Source: Octopus sinensis
Taxonomy: Eukaryota
Direction: 5' to 3'
NCBI RefSeq assembly: GCF_006345805.1
Contig: NC_043018.1
Coordinates: 23,622,001-23,686,000 of the forward strand
Length of the DNA: 64,000 nt
Shown: positions 50,475-63,082 of the stretch, in pieces
Position numbering within the stretch: position 1 is the stretch's first letter
Layout of the letters: the number at the start of each line of letters is the position of its first letter
Translations under genes and position numbers: made by a program
Notes under the pieces: model-generated
Seen by the model: the letters and a program-made list of their open reading frames with translations, nothing else
The model's database searches: none
Told to the model about the DNA's origin: nothing

Positions 50475-50975
50475 AGTTAAGTTAGTTAGTTAAGTCAGTT
50501 AGTTAATTTTTTGGCTCAAAAAGCAAAAAAGCAAGGCCATGTAGGGGGACATGGAGTTATGTACAGGGTGGTGTTCATGGAAAGAGTTCAGGTCATTTCT
50601 GGTGAAGAGAGACTTTGAACCGAGCGGTCGTCGGCATCTTCACTATCTCGTCCGGCAGCTTATTCCACGGATCCGCAACCCGGATGGAGAAAGCCCCTCT
50701 CCTTTGATTGAGATGAAATCGTCGCAGATAGAGCTTTTCGGAATGACCCCGCAGCCGACGCTCTGGAGCAGGAGTGAAGAACATCTCCTTTGAGAGGTTA
50801 CACTTTCCGCTTATGATGTTGTGAGCAAGAATGAGATCACCACGGCGTCGTTGTTTTTCTAGAGAATAAAGGTCGAGCGTCTTCAGCCTTTCTTCATAAG
50901 ACAAATTCTTGAGACCAAGAACCATGCGGGTAGCCAGCATCTGGACTCTTCCAAAATGCTGTATGTCTTTGAGGA
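50475..50975 (-). mobile_element. CR1-clade LINE 3' end
   Basis: ATRMV.GLKNLSYEERLKTLDLYSLE..R.RGDLI...RGHSEKL...R...FSIRV...WNKLP; (taac)n-type tail at 50475-50505. Confidence 0.88.
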
Positions 50976-52918
50976 GATTTAGTATTTAAACTGGTCATAA
51001 CTGGCCCAAATATTCTACCTGTTTTATGTTCAAACAGGCCAGATTTGGTCTATCACACCTACTCCTCAATGTCATTCTAAAAATAGGCAATCACATCATT
51101 GAAGTCTCAAAGCTATGGGATAATGCATGATTAATTGAAAACAATGTGAATAAACAAGTATTACATTTGACAGAGTAATCTGAATGCTAAAGGGTAAAAT
51201 TAGTCATATCTAACCCAGATATTCTACTTGTTCCATGTTCAAACTGGGCCAGATCCAGCCTCTCACACCTACTCTAGAATGTCATTCTGAAAGTCAACAT
51301 CATCAAAATCCTGAAGCTATAAAATTATTGCATAAATAATTCAAAGCAATGTGAATAAATAAACATTACATTTGACTGTGTAATAGGAATGTTAAAGGGT
51401 TAAACTAGGTTTAACTAGGCGCAGGAGAGGCTGTGTGGTAAGTAGCTTGCTTACCAACCACATGGTTCGGGATTCAGTCCCACTGCGTGGCACCTTGGGC
51501 AAGTGTCTTCTACTATAGCCTCAGGCCAACCAAAGCCTTGTGAGTGGATTTGGTAGACGGAAACTGAAAGAAGCCTGTCGTATATATGTATATATGTATA
51601 TATATATATTTATATATATATATGTATGTATGTGTGTGTATGTTTGTGTGTCTGTTTGTCTCCCTAGCATTGCTGGACAACCGATGCTGGTGTGTTTACA
51701 TCCCCGTCACTTAGCGGTTCGGCAAAAGAGGCCGATAGAATAAGTACTGGGCTTACAAAGAATAAGTCCCGGGGTCGAGTTGCTCGACTGAAGGCGGTGC
51801 TCCAGCATGGCCGCAGTCAAATGACTGAAACAAGTAAAAAAAAAAGACTAGCCATATCTAACTCAGATATTCTACCTGTTTTGTTTTCAAACTGGCAAGA
51901 TATGGCTTCTCGCACCTACCCTACAATGTCATTCTAAAAATATATAATCACATCACAGAAATCTCAAAGCTACAAGATAATTGCATGATTAATTCAACAC
52001 AACGTGAATAAATATTACATTTGACAGAATAATCTGACAACTAGGAAGTGCAAGGAGGAGTTGTCATTAAGACAACTGTAATCTTCCAGGTCAGAGATGG
52101 GATAATCTCAAGAATATATTGAAGTTAACAGTTATCTGAGGTGGTGAGGGCCAAAGCCAGGGCCAAGTGAAGCAGGAGGAAGGGAGGAATGCAGAATAAA
52201 AAGAGATTCTTTTTTTCTTTTTCCTTGTTTCAGTCATTTTGACTGTGGCCATGCTGGAGCACCGCCTTTTAGTCGAGCAACTCGACCCCGGGACTTATTC
52301 TTTTGTAAGCCCAGTACTTATTCTATCGGTCTCTTTTGCCGAACTGCTAAGTGACTGGGACGTAAACACACCAGCATCGGTTGTCAAACAATGCTAGGGG
52401 GACAAACACAGACACACACACATATATACGACGGGCTTCTTTCAGTTTCCATCTACCAAATCCACTCACAAGGCTTTGGTCGGCCCGAGGCTATAGTAGA
52501 AGACACTTGCCAAAGGTGCCACGCAGTGGGACTGAACCTGGAACCATGTGGTTGGTAAGCAAGCTACTTACCACACAGCCACTCCTTTTTTTTTTCTTAT
52601 ACTTAGTTCAATCATTGGACTATGGTCATGCTGGGGCAACCCTATCACTTGATTGGAATACAGTGGAGACCAAGTGACCGAAACCAAACTTCTGAAAGAC
52701 ACAGCCATGCCTGTACTTATAAATGAGACTATCACTGTAAAATTCTTCACAACAGGTGCAAGTATGGCTGTGTGGTAAGAAGCTTGCTTCCCAACCACAT
52801 GGTTCTGGGTTCAGTCCCATTGTATGGCACCTTGTGCAAACATCTTCCACTATAACCTTGGGCTGACCAAAGCCTTGTGTGTGGATCTGGTAGATGGAAA
52901 CTGAAAGATGCCCATCAA

Positions 52919-52964
<46 letters not shown>

Positions 52965-53590
52965 ATGCGTGTGTGTTTGTCTCCCACCACTGCTTGACAA
53001 CCAGCATGGGTGTGCTTACATCACTTAGCAGCTCAGCAAAAAGGGAACGATATAATAAGTACCAGGCTTAAACAAAAGAAAAAAGTAGTGGGGGGGGGAG
53101 TTGATTCATTCGACTAAAAGTTCTTTGAGGCAGCGCTCCAGCATGGCCACAGTCTAATGGCTGAAACAGATGAAAGAAACAACACTGTTACCAACAACAA
53201 TAACAACAACAAAACCAAAATTTTTGGAGAGGGTGCCAGTTGATTAGATCGACCACAGTACACAACTGGTACTTAATTTATCGACTCCCGAAAAGATGAA
53301 AGGCAGAGTCGAGTTTGGCGGAATTTGAACTCAGAACGTAAAGACAGACGAAGTACCGCTAAGGATTTCGCCCGGTGTTTATTCTCTCACTCTTTTACTT
53401 GTTTCAGTCATTTGACTGCGGCCATGCTGGAGCACCACCTTTAGTCGAGCAAATCGACCCCGGGACTTATTCTTTATAAGCCCAGTACTTATTCTATCGG
53501 TCTCTTTTGCTGAACCGCTAAGTGACGGGGACGTAAACACACCAGCATCGGTTGTCCAGCAATGCTAGGGGGACAAACACAGACACACAA

Positions 53591-53647
<57 letters not shown>

Positions 53648-53870
53648 TACGACAGGCTTCTTTCAGTTTCCGTCTACCAAATCCACTCACAAGGCATTGG
53701 TCGGCCCAGGGCTATAGCAGAAGACACTTGCCCAAGATGCCACGCAGTGGGACTGAACCCGGAACTATGTGGTTGGTTAGCAAGCTACTTACCACACAGC
53801 CACTCCTGCGTTAGGTGTGCTAACGTTTCTGGCAGCTTCCCCCCCCACCTTACAACAAAAATAATATTAC

Positions 53871-54025
53871 CTGATGAAATACGCCGGAGCTTAAATGTTC
53901 CAGATAGTTCCAGTTTTCTAAATTCCTCTGCCTACTTGACTTTATCTTCTCTATCAAATTCTTGCAAATACGTTCAATATCAGGACTAACGTTTCTACTG
54001 CTGAAAAAATCCAGACTTCGTTCAT
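53871..54025 (-). CDS. SPAG17: SPAG17 exon (phase 1 to 0, 155 nt)
   Basis: Acceptor ttttatttcagcag|AT, donor CAG|gtaata; DERSLDFFSSRNVSPDIERICKNLIEKIKSSRQRNLENWNYLEHLSSGVFHQ, resembling the SPAG17 W.F.EH....VL.Q motif (recalled). Confidence 0.85.
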
Positions 54026-54899
54026 CTGCTGAAATAAAACAATCTGCTGAAATAAAACACACATGTGTGGTGGGGTATGTGTGCCTGGGTATGTATGTGT
54101 GTGTGTGTATGTATGTTTCTTTATTACCCACAAGGGGCTAAACATAGAGGGGACAAACAGACGAATTAAGTCGATTACATCGACCCCAGTGCGTAACTGG
54201 TACTTAATTTATCGACCCGAAAGGATGAAAGGCAAAGTCGACCTCGGCAGAATTTGAACTCAGAATGTAACGGCAGATGAAATACGGTTACGCAGTTCGC
54301 CCCTGCGTGCTAACGGTTCTGCCAGCTCGCCGCCTTTTGTGTGTATGTACGTACGTACATACCTACGTATGTATATATGTATGTGTGGATATGTAAGTAT
54401 ATGTATGTATGTATATGGTGTGTATGTATGTGTGTAATTATATATGTATGTGGATATGTGTATGTGTGTGGATATGTATGTATGTGCATGTATATATGTG
54501 TGTGTATGTATGTGTGTGGATATGCATGTATGCATGTATGTGTGATGTATGTAGCTGTGCGTATATGTATGTGGGTATATATGTGTGTGGGTATGTATGT
54601 GTGTGTATATGAGTATATGGGTTTGTATATATGTGGATATATATGAATGTATGTATGGGTGTCATGGGTAATAACTTCAACCCTTTAGCATTTAAAATGG
54701 CCGGATCCTGCCTCTCACACCTACCCTATAATGTCATTATTAAAAGAAACAATCCCACCATCAAAATCTCAAAGCTATGAGGTGAATAAATAAATATTAC
54801 ATTTCATAGAGTAATCTGAGAGCTATAGGGTTAAACTGATAAAATGGTGAAGGAATTCTTTGAGGCATTGCCACAACAGGACTGCAGTCTGAAGCATGT

Positions 54900-55180
54900 A
54901 AAAGAAATGTACTGATGCCAGCTCATTCACCTCCCAGCTGGTGCAAACGCACGGGCGGACAGCTGAAGACCCAGGCGACGACGATAAAGGAGGACCTATC
55001 CGAACTCTCAGGTCCGCAGGTGGTCGGTCTGCGCAGATGGAACCGCAAATGGCTCGCTATCTCCAGTGACCTTGCACGGAACCATCGAGCGTGGGCCGCC
55101 ATGGTTCGTGATGCTGTTAGGACCAGAGAAGAAGCCGGCTCAACCCGCCCTGGGTGAACGCCGTCACAAGTACAAGTAAG
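54900..55180 (+). mobile_element. RTE-clade LINE 3' end, GC-rich
   Basis: WCKRTGGQLKT...KEDL..LSGPQVVGLRRWNRKWL....DLARNHRAWAAMVRDAV; caagta tail. Confidence 0.75.
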
Positions 55181-57119
55181 TTCATTCTTTGTGCTACTGG
55201 TAACCTGCAACCCAGTACAATCTGTTGCATGGCTGGATTGTTAGTTATTAAGCTGGTAACCCTACTAAGCCTGCTTGATAAGGACAGAAACGCAGAAAAG
55301 GAAATGTATAGAAATCAGTCAATGCTTTATGCCTGCCATATAATGCCTCATAACTTACTTATTTTTTTTTTAATTTTCAGCAAATTTTTATGAATTTGTG
55401 TTCTACACATGAGAATTCATATGATTGAGCAAAAACCAAAACAAAAAAAAGTTTTTTGGTGCATGATTTAAGGCCTATTTAAGTTGTTATTTTTAGCACA
55501 TCTCACAACCAGTTTTGTTTGTCAGTCTGACATGTTGATGTTTTTCAAAGTCTGTTTCAAAAACATTCGATGGGCTATTGCTGAGGTTCAAGCCAAAAAT
55601 TTTGAAATCTATATTTTAAACTGTGATTTAAAAAAAAAAATTCGAAAAATTTTTTTTTTAAATTTTCTTTTATAGTCATGTGAATTCCTGTGTGTAGAAC
55701 ACAAATTTGCAAAATTTTTCTGAAAATTGTAAAAAATAAAAAAGTTTTGATGTGTTATATCATCATCATCGTTTAACGTCCACCGTCCATGCTGGCATGG
55801 GTGGGACGGTGTGTGCAAAGGCAGAATTCTGCCAAATCAACAGCCATCCAACAGCTGGAGAGAGAGACTCCTTGTCTGTCTTTAGACATCTCTTCAGGAC
55901 AAAAAAAATCTGACGTAACACTTGTAATTTCGTTTGCATCCAATGATGTGGAATAGATCTTCCTTTTGGGCAAATGTGGTTTAGGGAATGGGAGTGACCC
56001 TCTACAAGGCCTTTCAACACTTCAAAAAAGCTTCAGGCACAGGTGTCGCTTGATTTTTAATGTCTCCATTATATGTTGCATACTATGGTTGGCTGTAACT
56101 GAAAAATCAAAATACTCAATGAGAAATTCCATGACTGGCATTCCATCGCTTACAACAACGAGAGTTCCACTTGATCGGATCGATGGAACAGCCTGCTCAG
56201 AAAGTTAACACGCAAGTGGCTGAGCACTCCACAGGTAGGCATACTCTTAACTAATTCTTCAAGGATATTCAGTGTGACACACAATGTGATCAGGCTGGTC
56301 CTTTGAAATGCAGGTACAACTCATGTCTGACAGCTGAGGGAACTGGATCAATGTGAAATAGAGTGTCTTGCTCAAGGACACAACTTACCACCTAGTATGA
56401 AACTCAAAACCTTACAACTGCAAACCGACATGACCTCATGATTGAGGGCCAAATACACTGTGCCATGTGCCATGATGGAATGAAGATGTGTGACAGTGTA
56501 GGTGGTAAGCCCTCTGAACACCTACTGCAAGTGGTGCCCATCACTGTCACATCTGTACAAAAAGAGTGTAGGTCTCTAGTTCAAGTGATGGCATTGCACA
56601 AAATTGAATTGCAACCATGTATGTAGGCATATCCATGTGCATATATATGTATGTGCACATGTATAGGGGGAATTCCAACCACGTTTTGTAGTTTGCTACC
56701 TCAACAGCTTCTTTATAAGATCCAGTGGCTAAAGGCATCATCAGGAGGAACCACATCCAATTTCAGCCCCTACTCCTCTACCATTTTTGACATGGCAGAC
56801 CACCCTACTTTTGGAGGTGTCTTCAGCTCTGGTGTTGAGTGCGTTTCTTCTTTCTCCTTTTTCTTTGGCCTTTTGTTCTTTGGTTTCTTCGATGCAGCAT
56901 CAACGAATGCCAGTGGGCAAATGACCATCCTGCCAAATTTCCCTTTAAATACTCACCAGTAGGCTCCAGCAGCCAGCACCAGCTAACAGCCATGTGACAC
57001 TATCTAAGCTTCAACTGACCAATGGAGGGGAAGGACACTCAGTTTTGGCCCACACCTTCTCCAAACCTTCCCTCCAGCAGTGTCATGCTAGTTTCAGTTC
57101 CAGTAGCCAGAGCAGACTA

Positions 57120-57405
57120 GCTGTCTGCTGGTACAAGGCTTCGAACCAGGAGGAGGGCGTGCAATGAACAAGATGGTTTCCTTGGCCCACCTGTCAAGCA
57201 GCAATGCTGTTTAAGCAATGCCAGCCAGCCTCACCTGGTGATGCTATTTCCCAGTCAGCATGTTATGGCTTTTGAGCCATTTTGGGTCTTCCCGTTTCAG
57301 CCATATTTAGAAGCTGGCTTTGTCAACTGCCTCCTGTATCCTCCTTATTACTGTTCTCAGCTCTGCGCTCAAAAATGCAAACCTTTTAAATAACATCACC
57401 ATTTT
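57120..57405 (-). mobile_element. Hero/NeSL-like RLE retrotransposon extreme 3' end
   Basis: LFKRFAFLSAELRTVIRRIQEAVDKASF*IWLKREDPKW resembles Hero-type C-termini (recalled); in-frame stop. Confidence 0.55.
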
Positions 57406-57659
57406 CCTTTCTCAACCAGTGATACTCAACTGGGGTTCACATGACTCTTGGGAATCCACGTAACCCTTAAGGACCCACAAGATTTTGTCGTTAAAATTTA
57501 TGTACAACAAATTGGTTATATTTGTACAGTACTCAAAATATTTTAACAATTTTTTTGTAAGTAACCACATCAAAATGGCTGTTCCATGGGGTATGCCCTG
57601 GCACTTGCCACCATCTATATCCCTCTCTCTGCCTTTACTCGACCATCCCATTTATATTC

Positions 57660-58400
57660 TGATCCCCACCCCTTGTAACATAAAGATTTCTTTTTATAAG
57701 TCCCAAGTCACTCTGGTGGTCAAGAACTGAGGACAGTGAAGCATGGGCTATGACTACAGAGGACCTGCGAAGGCTTGGAGGAAATGAAACTAGCACACTC
57801 CACTGGATGAGTAATGTCAGTGTGCACACATGACAGATTGTAAATGATTTAAAAGGAAAGCTGGGTATAAGAAGCATCAGATTTTGTGTGCAAGAGAGAA
57901 GATTATGCTGGTTTGGTCATGTGATGCATATGGATGAGGACAGCTGCATAAAGAAGTGCTGAGCTCTAATTGTGGAGGGAACCTGCAGAAGGGGTAGACC
58001 CAGGAAGACATGGGACAAGGTGGTGAGAAAGGATCTTCGGATGTTGGATGTCACTAAGGAAATGACAAAGTATCAGGAGAAGTGGCAATTTGCTGTACTT
58101 GAGAAGACACATCAAGTAAAATCGCTATCATACAGGTTTGTCCTTTACAGATTCTGGTGCCACAAAAAAAAACAAAAAAACTTGTGCCTGTGCTACATAA
58201 ATACACCCATGCCAGTGGCATGTAAAAAGCACCCAGCACGTTCTGTAAAGTGGCTGGTGTTAGGAAAAGCATCCAGCTGTAGAAACCATGCCACATCAGA
58301 CAGTTGGAGCCAGAACAGCTCCCCAGCTAGCCAGTTCCTGTTAAACTGTCCAACCCATGCTAGCATGGAAAACAGACATTAAACAAAGGTGGTCATGATG
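57660..58400 (+). mobile_element. RTE LINE 3' fragment with type D tail
   Basis: WFGHVM.MDEDSCIKKC...VEGTCRRGRPRKTWDKVVRKDLRML. Confidence 0.8.
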
Positions 58401-58419
58401 ATGATGTATCATATATGAT

Positions 58420-58780
58420 ACATCATCTGAGCACCTTTTTCAAACTCCACCCGTCTAACACCCGTGGACATATTTACAAAGTCAGAAAACAGCACAGCTC
58501 CCATGACTTTAGGAAACATTTTTTCACGCTGAGAGTTGCTGAAGCATAGAACAAACTGCCGGCATCAGTTGTTAGTTGTCAGAGCACTGCATCCTTCAAA
58601 ACTTCCATGCTTTCTGAGGTTCGCCAACACTACACCTGATTTTCTCCCCTCCATAAACACACAAACATGTATCTGACTCATACATTGTTCGCTTTCCAGA
58701 CTTTAAACGCACTTTCTGACAAGTTGTGGTGCACCTCAGCACTGTATACAATAATTTCATTATTATTATTATTATTATAT
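58420..58780 (+). mobile_element. CR1-clade LINE 3' fragment
   Basis: FFKLHPSNTRGHIYKVRKQHSSHDFRKHFFTLRVAEA*NKLPASVVSC; (att)n tail. Confidence 0.75.
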
Positions 58781-58979
58781 GTGACGCACAGACACCAGAG
58801 AAACATATGTCCTGTGTATCAAATGTGATGCAGAGGAGAGACAAAAGGTTGAATTAAAACAATGTGAATAAAGAAGTATTGCATATCATAGTAATCTGAA
58901 TGTTAACAGGTTAATTGAAGAATCTGAGTGAATGAGTTTGTGATATAATGGAAAGTAACTCCTTCTGGTGGTGACCTAC

Positions 58980-59081
58980 CTGACGAGTGACGCCTGTACA
59001 ACGTAGGTTTCCCACTGCCTCCCAGGGAATTTGCTAGGGCAGAGTCAAGTGATATGGTCGAAGCTGTTTGAGTAGTTTGCA
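58980..59081 (-). CDS. SPAG17: Probable SPAG17 exon (phase 1 to 1, 102 nt, S/T-rich)
   Basis: Acceptor ctgtcttcaccaatag|TG, strong donor TCAG|gtaggt; LQTTQTASTISLDSALANSLGGSGKPTLYRRHSS; phases fit both neighbours but no conserved motif recognised. Confidence 0.6.
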
Positions 59082-59720
59082 CTATTGGTGAAGACAGTAA
59101 AGACATTTATGTTAATTTCACAGCTCAGGAAGGGCATAGCAAAAAAAGTGCAGATGTCGTAGAAATTTTTTAACAATTTTTCTGGCCCAAGGATTATCCT
59201 CTTTAATACTAGTGATTGGTTCTGCACGACCAAACTGCTTCAACAATTTCTATACAACTAGACTTATCCCTCTATCATACTTTAACTTCTCAACACTTGG
59301 CATTAAGCCACTTCCCTCAATATTACACCACCCTCCTTCACAACTGAGGTGGGGGGGTCTTGTCTTGTGAGTTTCCTGGTGATCTCAATGGTGCCAGTAC
59401 CATGTAAAAAGCACTCACTATACTTTGTGAAATGGTTGGTGCTAGGAAGGACGTCCAACTGTAGAAACCCTGCCAAGGCAAACACCAGGCCTTGGCACAC
59501 TCCTCTTGCTAAGCAATTCCTGCCAAGTGACCCAATAAGCATAAACCCATATGCTTCTGAAACATTCACAATACAACACACTACAGATATTACACAATCA
59601 GATGTGAGTTATAACAAGAGTTATCTTTCCTTACAAGTTATTCACTGGACATCAATAAAGCAGTGTTGCTGCTACCATATTGAGAATGGTCATGTAAGCA
59701 GTTTTATATACGTTTATAAA

Positions 59721-60030
59721 CTAGTAGCAGTATCGCCCGGCATTGCTCGGGTTTGTAAGGGAAATAACTATATAAGCATTTTTAGAGAGTTACTTCCCTT
59801 ATATAACCCGAGCAAAAATCATTAAAAATGCCGAAAAATGATGGTAAATGTTTTTTAAAATCGTAGACTCATCATAGACGTGCGCTAATACCTAGAAGGG
59901 CTTGATATGAATGACAACAATAAGATACTCGCTTTTGGTTAAACTGCACCGCAAAATGTGGGAGTATTTAGGAATCTAAATCGGAGGAGACAGAGTCTCA
60001 CACACACAACTTCAATTTTATATATAACGA
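59721..60030 (-). mobile_element. Helitron-like element sharing its 3' end with 40526-40907
   Basis: A|TC start at 60030, CTAG|T end at 59721; shared ttatttcccttacaaacccgagcaatgccgggc. Confidence 0.65.
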
Positions 60031-60414
60031 TGATACACAGTGCATATCATCATCACGATCATCATTTAATTCACTTTCCATACTGGAATGGGTTGAACAG
60101 TTCCACAATAACTGATAAGTCAAAAGACTGTGCTGAGCTCTAATGTCTGTTTTGATATGGTTTATACAGCTGGATGCAGCCCGTCTGAATACCAACCATT
60201 TTAACTTCTCAACACTTGGCATTAAACCACTTCCCTCAAGTGAGTACTGGGTGTTTTTTTCTTCATGCCACCACTAGCCAGTGTCACCAAGTAACTTGCA
60301 AGACAAAACACCTCGACTGAGTGGGGTACGGTATTGAAAGGGTGAAAGAATAGATGTCCTGCTGAAGAGGAGACACATGGCTGGGTGGACAGGTGGACAG
60401 GAAGCTTGGTGGAT

Positions 60415-60905
60415 GAATGACAAAGGAAAGTGGGTGGTATGGGTTGCATGGATGGATACATGCCTGGATGGAGGAATGGATGCATGGAAGGATGGATGGA
60501 TGCATGCATGGAAGAATGGATGGATGGAAGGATAGAAAGACAGAAGGATGGATGCATGGATGGAAGGACAGATGCATAGATGGATGAATGAATGGAGGGG
60601 TGGGTGGATGCATGGATGGATAGATGGAAGGATGAATGCAGGGATGGACGGAAGGATGGATCCAGGAATGGACAGAAGGATGGATGCATGGATGGATGGA
60701 AGGACAACTGCATGGAAAGTGGATGCATGGAAGGATGGACATATGCATGGATGGAAGGACTGATGCATGGAAGGACAGATGAATGGATGAATGAGTGCAT
60801 GGATGGATGGAAGGTGGGTACATGGATGGATTAATGGAAAGATGGTTGCAGGGATGGATGCATGGATGAATGAATGGTTGGGTGGGTGGGGGTGGATAAG
60901 AGTGT
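60415..60905. repeat. Degenerate (GGAT/GCAT/GAAT)n tetranucleotide satellite
   Basis: Read directly; begins about 40 nt into the intron after the 60948 donor. Confidence 0.9.
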
Positions 60906-60947
60906 GAATGACAGATGAGCACAACAGAGAGTGAAATAAAGACATAC

Positions 60948-61127
60948 ACGACTTATTACTGAACTCAACTCCTTCGTATTCAGGGAAGACATTTTGTTCC
61001 AACAGGAATATTGGGTGGTCCCATGCATTGTAATTAGGAAGTTTGTATGGCTGAAGCAGACCTTCCTTGTCCACATGTGGCAGTTGTAATGTCTGAAAGA
61101 CATTTTGTTGCAAGACAAAATTCACCA
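60948..61127 (-). CDS. SPAG17: SPAG17 exon (phase 1 to 1, 180 nt)
   Basis: Acceptor ttttctcttttcag|TG, donor TCGT|gtatgt; MVNFVLQQNVFQTLQLPHVDKEGLLQPYKLPNYNAWDHPIFLLEQNVFPEYEGVEFSNKS. Confidence 0.8.
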
Positions 61128-61704
61128 CTGAAAAGAGAAAAGAAAATGAAATTAAACATTAGAAAAAAAATTATTTCTTTTTAAAAGGAAGGAAAACTTC
61201 AAAACAAAAACAAATATTGAAGGAAAACTTGTATCTGTGTGAGAGGCCTAAAAGATGATAATGATAATAATAATAATAATAATAATAATATTTTTACCCC
61301 AGTGTCACTTTGATGGCATGCACTGCTCTCTCACTCAATAATAATAATAATAATAATAATAATAATCCTTTCTATTAAAGGCACAAGGCTTAAAATTTTT
61401 GGGGAGGGGGACTAGTCAATTACACTGACCCCAGTGTTTCACTGGTACTTAATTTATTGACCAGCTCACTGCCTTCACATAATAATGATAATAGTTTCAA
61501 ATTTTGGCAAAAGGCTAGCAAGTTCAGGTGAGGAAAGTAAGTCGATTACATCAACCCCAGTACTCAACTGGTACTTATCTTATTGATTCTGAAAAGATGA
61601 AAGGTAAAGTCAACCTAGGCAGAATTTGAACTCAGAATGTGAAGACAAGAAATGCTGCTAAGCATTTTGCCCAGCATGTTAACGATTCTGCGACCTCATC
61701 ACCT

Positions 61705-61749
<45 letters not shown>

Positions 61750-62817
61750 GTTTCAAATTTTGCGACAAGAGCAGCCATTTTGGGGGAAGGGATAAGACAA
61801 TTACACTGACCCCAGTATTTTACTGGTACTTAATTTATCGACCCCAAAAGATGACGGGCAAAGTCAACCATGGCAGAATTTGAACTCAGAACTTGAAGAC
61901 AGGCGAAATACCAATAAGCACTTTGCCCAGCATGCTAATGATTCTGCCATCATAACAATAATCATAACTTCTTCAAGTAGAGAAAGAAAGCTGTGAATTG
62001 GGAAGAGTGGAGAAAAGCAGTTTATAGTCAGTTATACCAACCCTAGTGTTTTACTGGTACTTTATTACATCAACCCTGAAAGGGCAAAAAGTGGGATCTG
62101 AGTTCAAATTGTGCCGAGGTCAATTTTGCCTTTCCTCCTTTCAGGGTTGATAAAATAAGCAGCAGTGGAACACTGGGGTCAATGTAATTGACTAGTCCCC
62201 TCCCACCAAATTTCAGGCCTTGTACCTACGGTCAAAAGGATTATTATTAATATTATAAGGGCAGTGGACCAGCAGGAAAGATACTTCGCAGCATTTGTTT
62301 CAGTTCTTTACGTTTTATGTTCAAATCCCACTGAGGGAAAGTTCCCCTTTTGCTCTTTCAGGGCTGATGAAATAAACATATCAGGCCACAGCTAGATGCC
62401 CCTCCTAATGCCAACCACTTTACAGAACATACTGGGTGCTTTATGCATGGCACCAGAACTGATGGGATTACCAAGTAACTTGCAAGACAAAGGGCTCCTT
62501 TCAATTGCCTTCAACCAAATCCACTCACACTTGCCCAAGGTGCCATGTAATGGGACTGAACCTGAAACTGTGATTGAGAATCAAACTTCTTACCCACATA
62601 GCCATGCCTGCATTTCATTTGCATATAATTAATGTACAAATTATTACTCATGGAACCCCTAGAAAACTGATGGAATCCCAGGCTTCTGAGGAAAGTTCAC
62701 CTGCAAAATGTTCATCAAGAACAACAGGTGTGCTTCTTTTACAAACGCTAAGATAAAAGTAAAACTCACTATTAAAGGTAATACTTCTTTTACAAAGACT
62801 AAAATCAAAGAACTCAC

Positions 62818-63082
62818 TTTTATGAGAAGTGCCATCTTTTGAGCAGAAGTGAAGAAATTCACGAGCTTCTGCCTCCACGATATGCCTCAGCGCTGTGACT
62901 GGAAAATGTTCAATTCTAGAGAAACCAAACTTATCCAACATTTTGTCTACAACAGTATTTGGTACAAAATCATGGAAAGATTTCAAGTGATGGAAAAGCT
63001 TGCTGCTTTCATCCTGGTAACTGATTAGCCTCAATGGTTCTTCCTTGGGAACTTCTTTCTCTTCCAACTTATCATCAATCAC
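62818..63082 (-). CDS. SPAG17: SPAG17/PF6-like gene, first exon visible in window (phase 0 to 1)
   Basis: Acceptor ttggttatag|GTG, donor AAAA|gtgagt; encodes VIDDKLEEKEVPKEEPLRLISYQDESSKLFHHLKSFHDFVPNTVVDKMLDKFG...SHK; joins the next exon in frame (A|TG). Confidence 0.8.

Noticed and set aside
56700-57060. Lys/Glu-rich open stretch and strong donor-like ACTG|gtgagt near 56957
   Set aside because: No acceptor gives a phase 1-1 exon and there are stops nearby; probably a decayed repeat next to the Hero-like fragment.
59110-59260. Open frame KLLKQFGRAEPITSIKEDNPWARKIVKKFLRHLHFFCYALPEL upstream of the 59081 exon
   Set aside because: Ends in a stop and has no compatible splice sites.
60222-61118. 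His/Pro/Ser-rich and Met/Asp/Gly/Trp-rich ORFs
   Set aside because: Translations of the (GGAT)n satellite; only 60948-61127 is exonic.
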